From Eledone cirrhosa (lineage: Eukaryota), in NCBI GenBank assembly GCA_964016885.1, contig OZ024752.1, forward strand, positions 28,148,001 through 28,212,000: 64,000 nucleotides of DNA, read 5' to 3'. Below the pieces are notes generated by a model. That model worked only from the letters and a program-made list of their open reading frames with translations, was not told the origin of the DNA and did not search any database. This document shows, in pieces, positions 52,358-64,000 of the stretch. The position numbers and the translations under genes were made by a program. Numbering within the stretch: the first letter of the stretch is position 1; each line of letters opens with the position of its first letter.

Positions 52358-52626
52358 CAGATATGGGCAACCTTTTTCGAGAAGCAGGCCACATAAGACA
52401 TGGCTCATTATAAGGCGGGCCGCAGGCGCTAATTTACATTCATGGTCACATTGAAAAAAGGTTTGTTTCTTCAAAATTTGTAAACATCGTTTTCCTCGAT
52501 CGTAAAAATGATAGAGAGATTAATTACGACTGAAAAGTTGGAGTAAAAAAAATCAGAAAGATTTCACTTAGCTGACTTAAGCGAGCCATTCAGAAAGCTT
52601 CGCGGGCTGCAGGTTGCCCGTGACTG
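52358..52626. mobile_element. hAT-superfamily MITE (269 bp)
   Basis: Imperfect TIRs CAGATATGGGCAACCT / AGGTTGCCCGTGACTG. 8-bp TSD ATCTATAT at 52350-52357 and 52627-52634. Confidence 0.85.
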
Positions 52627-52987
52627 ATCTATATTCTTCATCCCACAGTTTAATGAACAGCCAGTATTGAAGGTCAATAAGGCATTTTTAAATGATTATA
52701 TTTATGTGTTCTATCTATGCCTATATATATCAAAGCTCCGATATTACGATTAAAATTTCTCAGGAATGAATCGCTGGACAGATTTTACGGACAAAACCAA
52801 CCAGTAGGAGCCCCAGGTGTAGAACACAAGCAAGATAGTTGGATTAGATTCATGAGCTAAGCTGTTCTCGCTTGGAGATTCAGCCGGATCAAGTAGACAT
52901 GGTTGCTTCTGAAAAGGACCCACTGGAAGGAATATTTGAGGTGTCTGCACCCGTGACCTTCACTTGGTCAAAGAAGAACAAGATATA

Positions 52988-53963
52988 TTCACCGAATTCA
53001 CAGACTAGATCCCTTCTTCCTCCCGTTAGACCTGTACGGAATTCCTTCCTTGCTCACATTCCAACCAGGTTTGATGGTCTTTATTCACTCTCGTTCACGA
53101 TTTCACCGAACTTATATTCATGGAAATTTGGGACTTGACTCCTTCTTCCTCACTTTTCGTTGCTTCACCATCTTTGTTTGTTTACACTCTCGTGTCCCCT
53201 TTATTTACGTGTCCCAACGACTTTTTTTAGCCGTTGCTCGCACCAACCGGAGGTATATGGTCTTTAAAGCGATGAAATACCAATGATGGTTGGAAGATCA
53301 CTGATGAAGGACTAACTTTATTCATATGTTACCCATTAGCAACCACGCTGCACGTTTATTCTCATATTTACACAATTTTTTTTCCCCCGCTGTGACCCGT
53401 CTATTTCGTTCTTACTGCTTCCTCTTTCTCTGTATCTTTACCCTCTCTAACAGGCACTCTCTCTGTTAGCCTCTTCCTCACCCTTCACTCACTCACTCTC
53501 TGTTACTACCTCTCCTCCTCCTCCTTCTTCTCGGTTGACCTGTGCGTAATTCTTTTCTTTCGCTCCCTTGGTGAGACAGGTCGCTTTTTTTCTCTCTCTC
53601 GTCTACGATTTCACAGAACTTACGTTCACCGAATTCACAGACAAGATCCCTTCTTCCTTCCCTTAGACCTGTACGGAATTCCTTCCTTGCTCACATTCCA
53701 ACCAGGTTTGATGGTCTTTATTCTCTCTCGTTCACGATTTCACCGAACTTATATTCATGGAAATTTGGGACTTGACTCCTTCTTCCTCATTTTCGTTGCT
53801 TCACCATCTTTGTTTGTTTACACTCTCGTATCCCCTTTATTTACGTGTCCCAACGACTTTTTTTAGCCGTTGCTCGCACCAACCGGAGATATATGGTCTT
53901 TAAAGCGATGAAATACCAATGATGATTGGAAAATCACTGATGAAGGACTAACTTTATTCATAT
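52988..53963 (+). repeat. ~340-bp direct repeat (52988-53327 / 53625-53963), partial tandem pLTR-like
   Basis: Near-identical copies, each ending actgatgaaggactaactttattcatat. The second fuses to (TA)n. Confidence 0.8.
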
Positions 53964-53975
53964 ATATATATATAT

Positions 53976-54168
53976 AACGAAGGAAATGTGGTAAGGAACC
54001 AGGTGGACCATAACGCACCAAAGTACTCAATACTTAGGGTAGCAGAGTGGGTAATAGGAAGAAGTAAGACCCCGACGGCTGAGCTCAAGCCGTTTCGACG
54101 GCTAATTCTGGACTCCAGAATTAGCCGTCGGAACGGCTTGAGCTCAGCCGTCGGGGTCTTACTTGTTC

Positions 54169-54170
<2 letters not shown>
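53976..54170 (-). mobile_element. Short PLE-like fragment with fold-back (palindrome 54056-54170); relatives at 51071-51214 and 56212-56355
   Basis: Contains the 3' half of a hammerhead (GAAA-cggct..agccg-TC-gggg) but lacks CTGA. Palindrome centre at 54113. Confidence 0.65.
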
Positions 54171-54216
<46 letters not shown>

Positions 54217-54242
54217 CTGTCTGTGTCGGTGTCTATGTGTGT

Positions 54243-54281
<39 letters not shown>

Positions 54282-54289
54282 CAGAGGTT

Positions 54290-56203
54290 ATATTTAATTT
54301 GTTGGGATTCAACAAGCTCAAACATTTTTATAACTGATATAAAGCACTCAACATGTTAGTGGAGTAAATATACAATATATTAATAAATGGAAACTATATT
54401 TATAAAACCATATTTATTTTATTATACATATTTCAAGGACCACCAAGGCAAATTATGGTGCGCTTTCATCAGATAAAATACAATACAGATTTGTTTTATA
54501 AATAAATATTGACATACCCTGAAAAAAAGACAACCTTAACAGTTGGAGCTTCCTGGAAGCTCCAACCGTTAAGGTTGTCTTTTTTTTGGTGGTATGCAGT
54601 TATTATAATAGACTCCGGGTGGTTCAGCTTGAATTATGGGATTACTGGATCGAATCATGTTGGTTTGAAATTTGCGAATTTAGTAGCTGCTTTGTGCCTA
54701 CAGAAAATTGATCGTTCTCTTTTGCTGTTAAGCAGCATTTTATCATACTTTAAAATATGGAACAGCTCTATATTGCAAAGTCCGCAGTGGGACATTCCAT
54801 TACCGTAGTCCTTTGCCCCCGATAATTTCGACCAGCTAATCCTGTATTCTTGGTTTGTGTTCTTAAGCTGCCAGCGTTGTTGAGTTCTCTAGTCTACGGT
54901 TCTTCATAAAATGTTTGTGAACATACCATCTTTTTTTTTAATTCCCCAGCCGTAGAACCTATATAGTGCCATGCTAAGTTGCCCGAATTCATAGTACACA
55001 GGTACACTCTACTTGATTCCAAGCATCTATTCTGTAGTGGGCTTTTATCCGGTAAGTGGCAGTTACATTTGGAGGCCTTCCTTGAGTATGGTCTCCGTTG
55101 CGGTTTTGTATGTTGTTATGTATGGGCTGAGATTTAAGTTTGTTGATGTTTTGTTGTGATGTGTTCTGACGTGTGTGTGGTTGTGATGTTATGTTTTCGT
55201 TTTGTATTTGGTGTTATGGTGTATGTTGGTAGGTTATTTTCATTAGAGATTCTTCTATAGTTGATTTTATGTATGTGTGATTCTGTGTTGGCTGCAGTAG
55301 AGTAAGATAGGTTGATAGTTTTTCTGTTAAAGATGTTATGGTATTTGTGTAGTGTAGGGAAGTGTTTATCAGTTAGCTTAAAGAATGCAGAAGGTAGTTT
55401 GGTTTTTATAGAGGAGTTAAATATTGGATTGAACCATAAGTATTTCCTATCTCTGGATTTTCTATAGTTCCTAGGGGTCCCTATATTAGTATTCGGTTCA
55501 GTTATTTCTGGTGCTCATTGTCTATTTCTATGTTTAGTCCTATATTTGCTATTTCTATAGGTGTGGGTAGTGTAGCTGTCGTTAGGTTTGTTGTTGTTGT
55601 ATGTATTTGGTATGTATTTGAGCCCCTCCTTATGGCCTGCCTTATGTAAAGCAATGTTATAGCAGTTTGTGTGTTCATTAAACATCTCTAGGTTAGAAGA
55701 TAAGCGTGATAAGAGGGATATACTATGTGCTATGGAGTTAATTATGGGTGGTTTGAGTTATAACTAATGTAGGCTAGATTTTCGTTATTTTTATGCAAGG
55801 ATTCTATTAGTCCTGTGTTTAGGTTGAGTGTTACATCTAAGAAATTAGCTTTTTTAGAGTTAAGTTCGAAAGTGATGCCTAGGCCCAGTTTATTGAAGAA
55901 CACTCTGATATATATAGCGCACAACTTACATAAATAATTTAGTAACCTCCAAGGAGGAATTTATAGAGACGACACACTCCTTTTAGCTAAACTCTTAAAT
56001 AATCAAAACATGGAAAGATTACGAAAAAACATCAGAGTCTTCCTCAATAAACTGGGCCTAGGCATCACTTTCGAACTTAACTCTAAAAAAAGCTAACTTC
56101 TTAGATGTAGCACTCAACCTAAACACAGGACTAATAGAATCCTTCCATAAAAATTACGAAAATCTAGACTACATTAGTTATAATTCAAACCACCCTCGCT
56201 CCA
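54290..56203 (-). mobile_element. Degenerate Naiad-like Penelope element with 5' inversion (plus-strand RT piece 55912-56203)
   Basis: Minus strand: ANFLDVTLNL..YISYNSNHP, CNCHLPDKSPLQNRCL..HYIGST..KKRWYVH, HCGLCNIE, FCRH, stop at 54655-54657. Plus strand: GGIYRDDTLL followed by an inverted duplicate of 55745-55908. Confidence 0.85.
54415..54480 (-). ncRNA. Type I hammerhead ribozyme, family 8
   Basis: tattttat-CTGATGA-aagcgcacca..tggtggtcctt-GAAA-tatgta-TA-ataaaata (8-bp stem I), downstream of the PLE ORF. Confidence 0.8.
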
Positions 56204-56350
56204 TATATATCATAAAAGGTGTGGGAAAATACCAGGCGGACCATAACCCACCAGAGTAGTCGATATTTGGGGTAGTATAGTGGGTAATATGAAAATATTC
56301 AGGACCCCGACGGCTGAGCTCCAGCCATTTCGACAGCTAGATCCGGATCT

Positions 56351-56381
<31 letters not shown>

Positions 56382-56436
56382 GTTCAAGAAATAAGAGTGA
56401 CATGGTTTGCTATACAATAAGGGCTTTATTCACATT

Positions 56437-56544
56437 GCTGACAATTGTTTCTTTGATCTGGTAGGTCTAGAGTTCGCTACTCGCTTGGTGTTGCGTCAAC
56501 CGGTCTCCAATACTTTGTTTATAACCAGTCGTTTTCATCAGAGC
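56437..56544 (-). ncRNA. Type I hammerhead, family 9 (plus copy 57930-58036 has GACA for GAAA)
   Basis: gct-CTGATGA-aaacgactggt..accagatcaaa-GAAA-caattg-TC-agc. Confidence 0.7.
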
Positions 56545-56654
56545 GTGCCAAAGTGATGAAGATACACAAGGCATGGCTTTTATAGAGGAGTGGTATTAAA
56601 CCAGAACAATAATATCAATAATAAAATAACTAGATACTGAATAGTTAAAATAAT

Positions 56655-56762
56655 TGTTTCTACTTTAGGCACAAGGCCAGCAATTACCCAGTGCATTACT
56701 GGTACTTTATTTTATCGACCCCGTAAGGATGAAAGGCAAAGTCAACCTCGGCGGGATTTGAA
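56655..56762 (-). mobile_element. 5'-truncated SINE inserted in the PLE 3' UTR
   Basis: Same core as 39204. Flanking duplication TGAATAGTTAAAATAAT at 56638-56654 and 56759-56775, partly overlapping SINE sequence. Confidence 0.85.
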
Positions 56763-58636
56763 TAGTTAAAATAATAACATCAATATAAATAGGAAATAGA
56801 GTATAATGATGAATCTAGCATATTAAACGAACTAATATGATAGAGATGTATGAAATTAACATGTGAAAACTGCTATAGGGTACATTAGATTTAGTGTTAA
56901 GGTAGTGAAGAGATAACTAATAAAATGAACTTGGAGTCAGTATTTAGGAGGTATATGCGTGAGGTGTAGGTCTGAAACATTGGCAATAAACCGGAGTTTT
57001 ATTTATTGCTTGACTGATAAGCATTTTCGTTGTATTAATTTAGTGAGAATGATAGGGAGGGTGCAAATTGATAAATAGTTTTTATGTGGTGTTACGTGAA
57101 GTTATAGATTCAGCATTTAAGTGGCCTATTCTAAAAGTTGGGATTGTTAGTTCGAATCATGGGGGGTTTAGTTTTCACAACTTCAATAACAAATAGTGTA
57201 TAAATAAGACTATAATAACAATAATAGAGACAATAAAAGTAATAAAATAGTAATAAAATAGTAATAAAATAGTAAAATATGCATGGTAAATAGAGAACAT
57301 GGTGAATAAAATTAGGAATACATTGAGGTGATCATGATGATAATAAGAGGAATATGAGATTTCAAGGAGTGTAGGAGTAATAAGATAATGTACTTAGAAT
57401 TAAGTTCATCTGTTAGAGATCATGAGTGTTAATGTGAGATACGTAGATATAATTGTTTGGTCCGAAGGAGTAAACCACAGCAATGATGGGATTGATTTAT
57501 GGGCTGACAAGATAGTTGTAGACCTTACTGCCCCTTCCTAGTGGTATAGATGTAGGGAGGCTAGAAGGAGTTTATAGAAGATTATGGTTCTGTAGTGGGC
57601 TGTGTGAGAATGTGGATTTCATGTGTTAAATGCTAAGTGATTTTCCCTTAATATAGGGGATGCTGGTTCGAATCACGGTAATTTAAATCTCGCGAATTTT
57701 GTAGCAATCCTATGTCTGCAGAAAATTGACCTTTCTATTTTGATGTTGAGTAGCATTTTATTGTTCCTTAAGATATATAGCAATTCAAGGTTGCAGAGCC
57801 CGAAATGGGACATACCGCTGCTATAGGCCTTTGCGGCCGCTAATTTCGACCAGCTAATATTGTAATCAAGGTTTTTATCCTTAATTTGCCAGATTTTATT
57901 GGCGAGGGTTGTAAATTTACCAGTGCACGGTTCTGATGAAAACGACTGGTTATAAACAAAGTATTGGAGCCGATTGACGCAACACCAAGCGAGTAGCGAA
58001 CTCTAGACCTAACAGATCAAAGACACAATTGTCAGCAATGTGAATAAAGCCCTTATTGTATAGCAAACCATGTCACTCTTATTTCTTGAACTATTATTAC
58101 TCCAAGTATAAACTACATAGAAATCACCGCGAACTCGCAGCATCACTATGCAAACGTCTTGTTGAGTCGAACTAAGACATACGTTAATACAATCCACTAC
58201 ACGGAGTACTCTAGCTGGACTACATCTAAGTGGACTGACTACAACGATAACCTGTTATCCCGTATATATATATCTTTAAAATGAAACCATTACAAAAATA
58301 TTAATAGATTATTGATCTCCAATACCAGATGGTTGTTTGTTTGTTTCTTTCTTTTTAATAAACCATGGGATTTCAACGGGATTAGATTGGTAATAATAAA
58401 TAACCGGGGAATTTACATTCAAATTAGTTTATAAGGGGTAACCATAAATATAACAATCAATACTGTAGTACATGTACTAAATCTAAGAAACGAAACATGA
58501 TATGTCACAACTAGTTGAACGTGACATAAGGAATATAACAGAAGAAGAAGAAAATAAACGATCTAAATAATAGATAATAGAAATAAAGGCATAAAAATAA
58601 AAATTTGAACAACAATTATCGAACCTGTGATAATGC

Positions 58637-58685
<49 letters not shown>

Positions 58686-58722
58686 CGTATTGCTTTATAT
58701 ATATATATATATATGCGTATTG

Positions 58723-58776
<54 letters not shown>

Positions 58777-58917
58777 GTTATATACATATATATACATGTT
58801 ATATATATGTATGTATGTATGCATGTATGTATGCATGTATGTATGCATGTATGCATGTATGTGTGTGTGCGTGTGCGTGTGTATGTGTGTGTGTAGAAAG
58901 CAATACGCATACATTCA

Positions 58918-58950
<33 letters not shown>

Positions 58951-58980
58951 AGCTATATGCATACATGCATGTATTTGTAT

Positions 58981-59034
<54 letters not shown>

Positions 59035-59129
59035 TCATACACACATACATATATATGCATGTATATATATATATACATATATACATACATACACACATAC
59101 ATACATACATACATACATACATACATACA

Positions 59130-59163
<34 letters not shown>

Positions 59164-59402
59164 CATACATACATACACCGAAGGTAACACGTTATTTATT
59201 GCAAACATTAGTGTTAAGCTGTGGCTTGCCTTCCGTTAATTATATGTCTAGAGCTGCTGAAACAAGACAAGGAAACAAGTGTAAATTGGAGAAGGGAAAG
59301 AAAGGGAAAGGGAAAGAGACTGAGAGAGTGAGAGAGAGAGAGAAACAGACAGCATATCAAGTGAATTAGAAATACCCAATGGACAACATGCCTACATGTG
59401 TA

Positions 59403-59446
<44 letters not shown>

Positions 59447-59502
59447 ATATATATATAGAGATATATATATATATATATATATGATATATATATATATATA
59501 TA

Positions 59503-59562
<60 letters not shown>

Positions 59563-60351
59563 TGTGTGTGTATGTGTGCGGTGTGTGTATGCGTGTGTGT
59601 GCGTTTGTACTATGGCTTGTGCATACACATATACTTTTATGTATGTATACACACTCACAGGCACACCAATACACTCATAAACACTTACACATATATATTT
59701 AACCCATTAGCTCTCTCTTTCTCCCTCCTTTACTCTCTAGTCTTTCTGTTCTCCATCAATAGACATGTATAAGAAATTAGATATTCAATTAGTATCATAC
59801 AAATCATGGGTTGTAGTTTGGCCAAAACCATTAATAAAACTCGTCCACATGCATAATCCTTGCACTTCCATTACTGCAAATTATACAACTACCAACTGCC
59901 ACCACTACCATTAATTCTATTGCTTTAGCATTAGTTTTACAGTAATATTCATGTACATTCAGCACCACTACCACCATAAGTAACACTACATAACCACCAT
60001 CCCCAACATCAACACCATTACCACCACCACCACCACCAATTCCAGCAATCACATCACTACCACTAGCTAATGCAATAAAAAAAATTACATTACTATTATC
60101 ACACCACAATTTACATTATTAATATTCCAGGTACGAATATAATACTACTTTTATCACTCGATGGAAGAACCTAATTTTACAACCTTGCAGTAATCTCCCC
60201 AACCTTTCCTACGCAATCGCAACCATTATCACATCCACACGAAAGGACATTGGGCAGTGTGTCATAAATGCACAGGTAATGGTTATGTTTAATTTAACTT
60301 AAGTGGCCTTGGATTTGGTAGTGGTGGTTAGTGGGTTGCACATAGGTCTTC

Positions 60352-60360
60352 TATATATAA
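60352..60360 (+). promoter_or_regulatory. TATA box of the S-crystallin gene
   Basis: Isolated TATATATAA in unique sequence ~110 bp upstream of the ATG, followed by a CA-rich leader and the Kozak-like context ccaaccATG. Confidence 0.65.
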
Positions 60361-60466
60361 GCTCGACTTTGACAGCAGACCAGTGTCCAATCTGTGAACT
60401 AAGCCAACGCTAGTGAACATTACCAATTCTCAAACCGACCTCAAACACCAATAACAAACACCAACC

Positions 60467-60599
60467 ATGCCTTCCTACACTCTCCACTACTTCAACCACC
60501 GTGGCCGTGCCGAGATCTGCCGTATGCTCTTTGCAGCTGCTGGTGTCCAGTACAATGACCGCAGAATCGAATCTTCCGAATGGGACAACATGAGAAACA
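60467..60599 (+). CDS. OCTS: S-crystallin (sigma-class GST-derived lens protein), coding exon 1
   Basis: [44 protein letters not shown], then a phase-1 donor GTATGT at 60600. The exact paralog cannot be assigned. Confidence 0.96.
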
Positions 60600-60637
60600 G
60601 TATGTAAACATTTGATATATACTACACACTAACACAT

Positions 60638-60718
<81 letters not shown>

Positions 60719-60735
60719 ATATTTATATATATATT

Positions 60736-60797
<62 letters not shown>

Positions 60798-60917
60798 CAT
60801 ACATACATATATTCATAACTACATACATATATACATACATATATACATATATACATACATACAAATATGTATGTATACATGTGTGTATACATTCTTATAT
60901 ATGTATATATTTTTGTG

Positions 60918-60970
<53 letters not shown>

Positions 60971-61462
60971 ACATGTATGTACGTATGTAAAGGCGTGTGT
61001 GTGTGTGTGTGTGGATATGTATGTACGTATGTAAAGTGTAGTCATATTTTTCATAGAACAATTTTCTAAAAATATATATTTTAACAATTATATACATTTA
61101 AATATAACATATATATATATATATATATGATAATCTTTCATAAAACACTAGGAAAATGTACTCACATATTAATTTATATAATCGCGCTTGACTATAAAAA
61201 ACCATGCGCTTACTTTCATAAAACGGGATAGCATTTGATAGTTAAGGAATGGAAATTCTATGGTACAGGGAGTGTGCCTGTACGATTATGCCAAATGTGT
61301 GTGTGAGAGTGTGTGTTAATACATTTTCATTCCATAATGTATTTCTTTAATATACATGACCATGTATGAGAATGTGTATGTGATTCTCTGGATAATCTAT
61401 CAGTATTTCAAGAGGACAATATAGCGGCATAACTCAAATTATTTCGCTTTTTCCAAAAGTAT

Positions 61463-61530
61463 TCTGACGATTGCGTGATATTTGCATGAAACATCTTGTA
61501 TCATAGTAAACATCGTGTACAATAGAATAC

Positions 61531-61595
<65 letters not shown>

Positions 61596-61813
61596 TTTTG
61601 CGAGGTTTTTGATATGAAATCGTGTGTCGAAAGACACAGAAGCGAAAACCAACCAAACAGTGAGTGTGTTCTGTTATTAATTCTGGCAATATTATTACAC
61701 AAATATGACCCTCCCCAAGTATAACAATATATATATATATATATACGTATTCTATTGTACACGATGTTACTATGATACAAGATGTGTCATGCAAATATCA
61801 CGCAATCGTCAGA
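61463..61813. repeat. Intronic inverted repeat (~70-bp arms 61463-61533 / 61744-61813) enclosing TA tracts and a fragment of the 9164 family
   Basis: The arms are near-exact reverse complements. Confidence 0.8.
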
Positions 61814-62144
61814 TATATATATATATATATAATTATTAGCAAAGATTAAATGTTTAAGCAAACACTTTTACTCTGTGCTTTTACCCTTTTATGTAAAAGG
61901 TCGAAGACAAAAAGTTTTTACTTACACTTGTAATCTTTGCTAATAGATTTTAGATATGGTGTTGCGTCAATATATATATAATTTTTATATATATATATAT
62001 ATAAAAATTGACGCAACATATATATATATATTATTAATATTATTATTATTATTCTCTACATTCCTTACATCAAACTAAAATATGTTGACAATCTTTTAAT
62101 AATATCTTCCTTGTGAAATGTGTGGTCCTGCTTTGCTTAACTAA

Positions 62145-62210
<66 letters not shown>

Positions 62211-62715
62211 ATGTAGGAGGTGAGTTTTATTGTAGTACAATAAAGCAATGCAGATATCGGATAAGAAGCACTCTACAGTTTGTGGGACTGGAGTATGCAT
62301 AATATAAGATCAAAAGATGGTTAAAGGAGTTCCATATATTTTATTATGCGCATTTCAAAAACAAACATCATCAAACAATAATATTTGTGTTTTCATCAGA
62401 TAAAACAGGAGAACATGATATGAAGGCTAAAAAACACTTGTTGATAGTGCAGTTTTAAATCAACATATGAAAAGTGGTTTTAGATTGATGTGTGATATTG
62501 GGAAAAATAAAATATTTTTCCCAATATCACACATCAATCTAAAACCACTTTTCATATGTTGATTTAAAACTGCACTATCAACAAGTGTTTTTTAGCCTTC
62601 ATATCATGTTCTCCTGTTTTATCTGATGAAAACACAAATATTATTGTTTGATGATGTTTGTTTTTGAAATGCGCATAATAAAATATATGGAACTCCTTTA
62701 ACCATCTTTTGATCT

Positions 62716-62723
<8 letters not shown>
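62211..62723. mobile_element. Fold-back of two family-2 pLTRs (211-bp arms 62299-62509 / 62513-62723, 3-nt spacer) in S-crystallin intron 1
   Basis: Near-identical to 2921-3150 and ~4905-5112. Hammerheads at 62339-62405 (-) and 62617-62683 (+). Confidence 0.9.
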
Positions 62724-62802
<79 letters not shown>

Positions 62803-63053
62803 CACATCATGAATGGTGTTCTGCGTACGTATTGATAATATATTATATTAAATGTTTTACAAGGATGAATTAGAAAACGCAGTAAAACGTGATTGCAAAT
62901 ATACATTTTATATATATGTGTATATACATACATATATATGTATATATACATATTATTTTTAAATGATATGCAACTTGTAATCAATGAATTAATGAAAGAG
63001 ACCAGTGTAGTATTCCAAGAACTAAAAAGTCAAGTTTCAATTGTCTTTTCCAG

Positions 63054-63149
63054 AGATGCCATGCAACATGATGCCAATGTTGGAATTGGACAACAGGACC
63101 CAGATTCCACAGTCTATGGCCATGGCTAGATATTTGGCCAGAGAATTCG
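63054..63149 (+). CDS. OCTS: S-crystallin coding exon 2
   Basis: Acceptor ttttccag; (K)[31 protein letters not shown](G); donor GTAAGT. Phases 1/1 are compatible with the neighbouring exons. Confidence 0.96.
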
Positions 63150-63752
63150 GTAAGTGTACTATTGTTTAATCAATAATTCTCTATCTCGCTATGTCTCTTT
63201 CTCCATCAATCAGTTTCTTTATATTGCTATCTATATGTATGTCATTTTAAAACTGTCCCTCCCTTTAAACACATACGTGCCTACCAGCTCTTTTTCTAGT
63301 ATAGCATTTGATGGTGGGGGCCTGCTAATCATCTAATATATATCTAATATGCATATATATCGAGACGGGGATTTTACGCTGAAAATTCGTATCCTATTTA
63401 ATTTGATACACACAGTAGTAAGTTTTCGATTCAATTTCACCCTTTCGAAATACTTTAATTAAAATGTGCAAACGGTTCCGTTTACGTCTCTTGTCTGTTA
63501 CAATTTTAGAATCAATCCATATTAGGTATTTATATATGTATACAATATACACTGAGATAGACTGAACATGTTAATAGAAAAGGTAGCTAAATCTGTCTCA
63601 ATTCCGTTACATTGCTATCTCATATATGTATTTACATATGTATGAGCCAAAGATGTAATCATCTCGTATATTTGGTTGATATTTAACATTAAATATAATC
63701 CGGTCACTTACATATGTATGCATAAATCAAAGATTGATTTTCTTTTTTGTAG

Positions 63753-63868
63753 GTTTCTATGGCAAGAACAACATGGATATGGCCAGAATTGACTTTATCT
63801 CAGACTGTTTCTACGATATTTTGGATGACTACATGAGGATGTACCAGGATAGCAACTGTAGAATGATG
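63753..63868 (+). CDS. OCTS: S-crystallin coding exon 3 (gene continues beyond the window)
   Basis: Acceptor ttttttgtag; (G)[38 protein letters not shown]; phase-0 donor GTAAAT at 63869. Confidence 0.95.
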
Positions 63869-64000
63869 GTAAATATAATCTAAATGTATACACATGGTAC
63901 TCTTATATGATGTAGAACATGGGTGTGGTTGATTTTTAGGACTATAGATTAATCACTGCAGATAATAATAGCTTTGGCTTTATTATATAGAAACTATTTA

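Larger units (their letters stand above)
56380..58262 (-). mobile_element. 5'-truncated Naiad-like PLE with 3' pLTR (56380-56548) and inverted 5' pLTR (57926-58262)
   Basis: Minus strand 57673-57912 encodes TTLANKIWQIKDKNLDYNISWSKL..GLCNLE..LLNIKIERSIFCRH. The repeats are reverse complements. Confidence 0.85.

Noticed and set aside
53301-53327. CTGATGAAGG motifs (also ~53937 and ~46546-46558 minus) as hammerheads
   Set aside because: No matching stem II partner plus GAAA follows. Not counted.
57665-57675. GGTTCGAATC B-box suggesting a tRNA; tRNA-like heads at 39717 and 49907
   Set aside because: There is no cloverleaf. The first overlaps a PLE stop-codon region and the others are SINE heads.
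59831-60109. Gly/Val-rich minus-strand ORF upstream of the crystallin
   Set aside because: It is degenerate (ACC/ACT)n low-complexity sequence with no family signature.

Overview
This is eukaryotic, very AT-rich genomic DNA, almost certainly from an octopod cephalopod. The only host gene is the 5' part (coding exons 1-3) of an S-crystallin (sigma-GST-derived lens protein) at 60467-63868 on the + strand. It has a TATA box and continues past the window end. Much of the rest is (TA)n/(TACA)n microsatellite, which produces nearly all of the 'YIYI' ORFs in the track. Embedded in these tracts are a CR1-type LINE with an uninterrupted RT ORF, two RTE-clade LINEs, tRNA-derived SINEs, a hAT MITE and many Penelope-like element (PLE) derivatives. 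Reading by eye I count 25 type I hammerhead ribozyme motifs in 9 sequence families, most with palindromic stem III. They sit in tandem, inverted or fully palindromic PLE/retrozyme-like units whose ends repeatedly fuse to (TA)n at internal TATA-like microhomologies. One intact sense-strand hammerhead lies inside a 211-bp-arm hairpin in S-crystallin intron 1. Two local duplications are present: a ~2.4 kb unit x3, and a ~5-6 kb pair flanking a 200-N gap. The pair may be uncollapsed haplotypes and provides filled versus empty insertion sites. All calls come from manual reading; no searches or folding programs were run.
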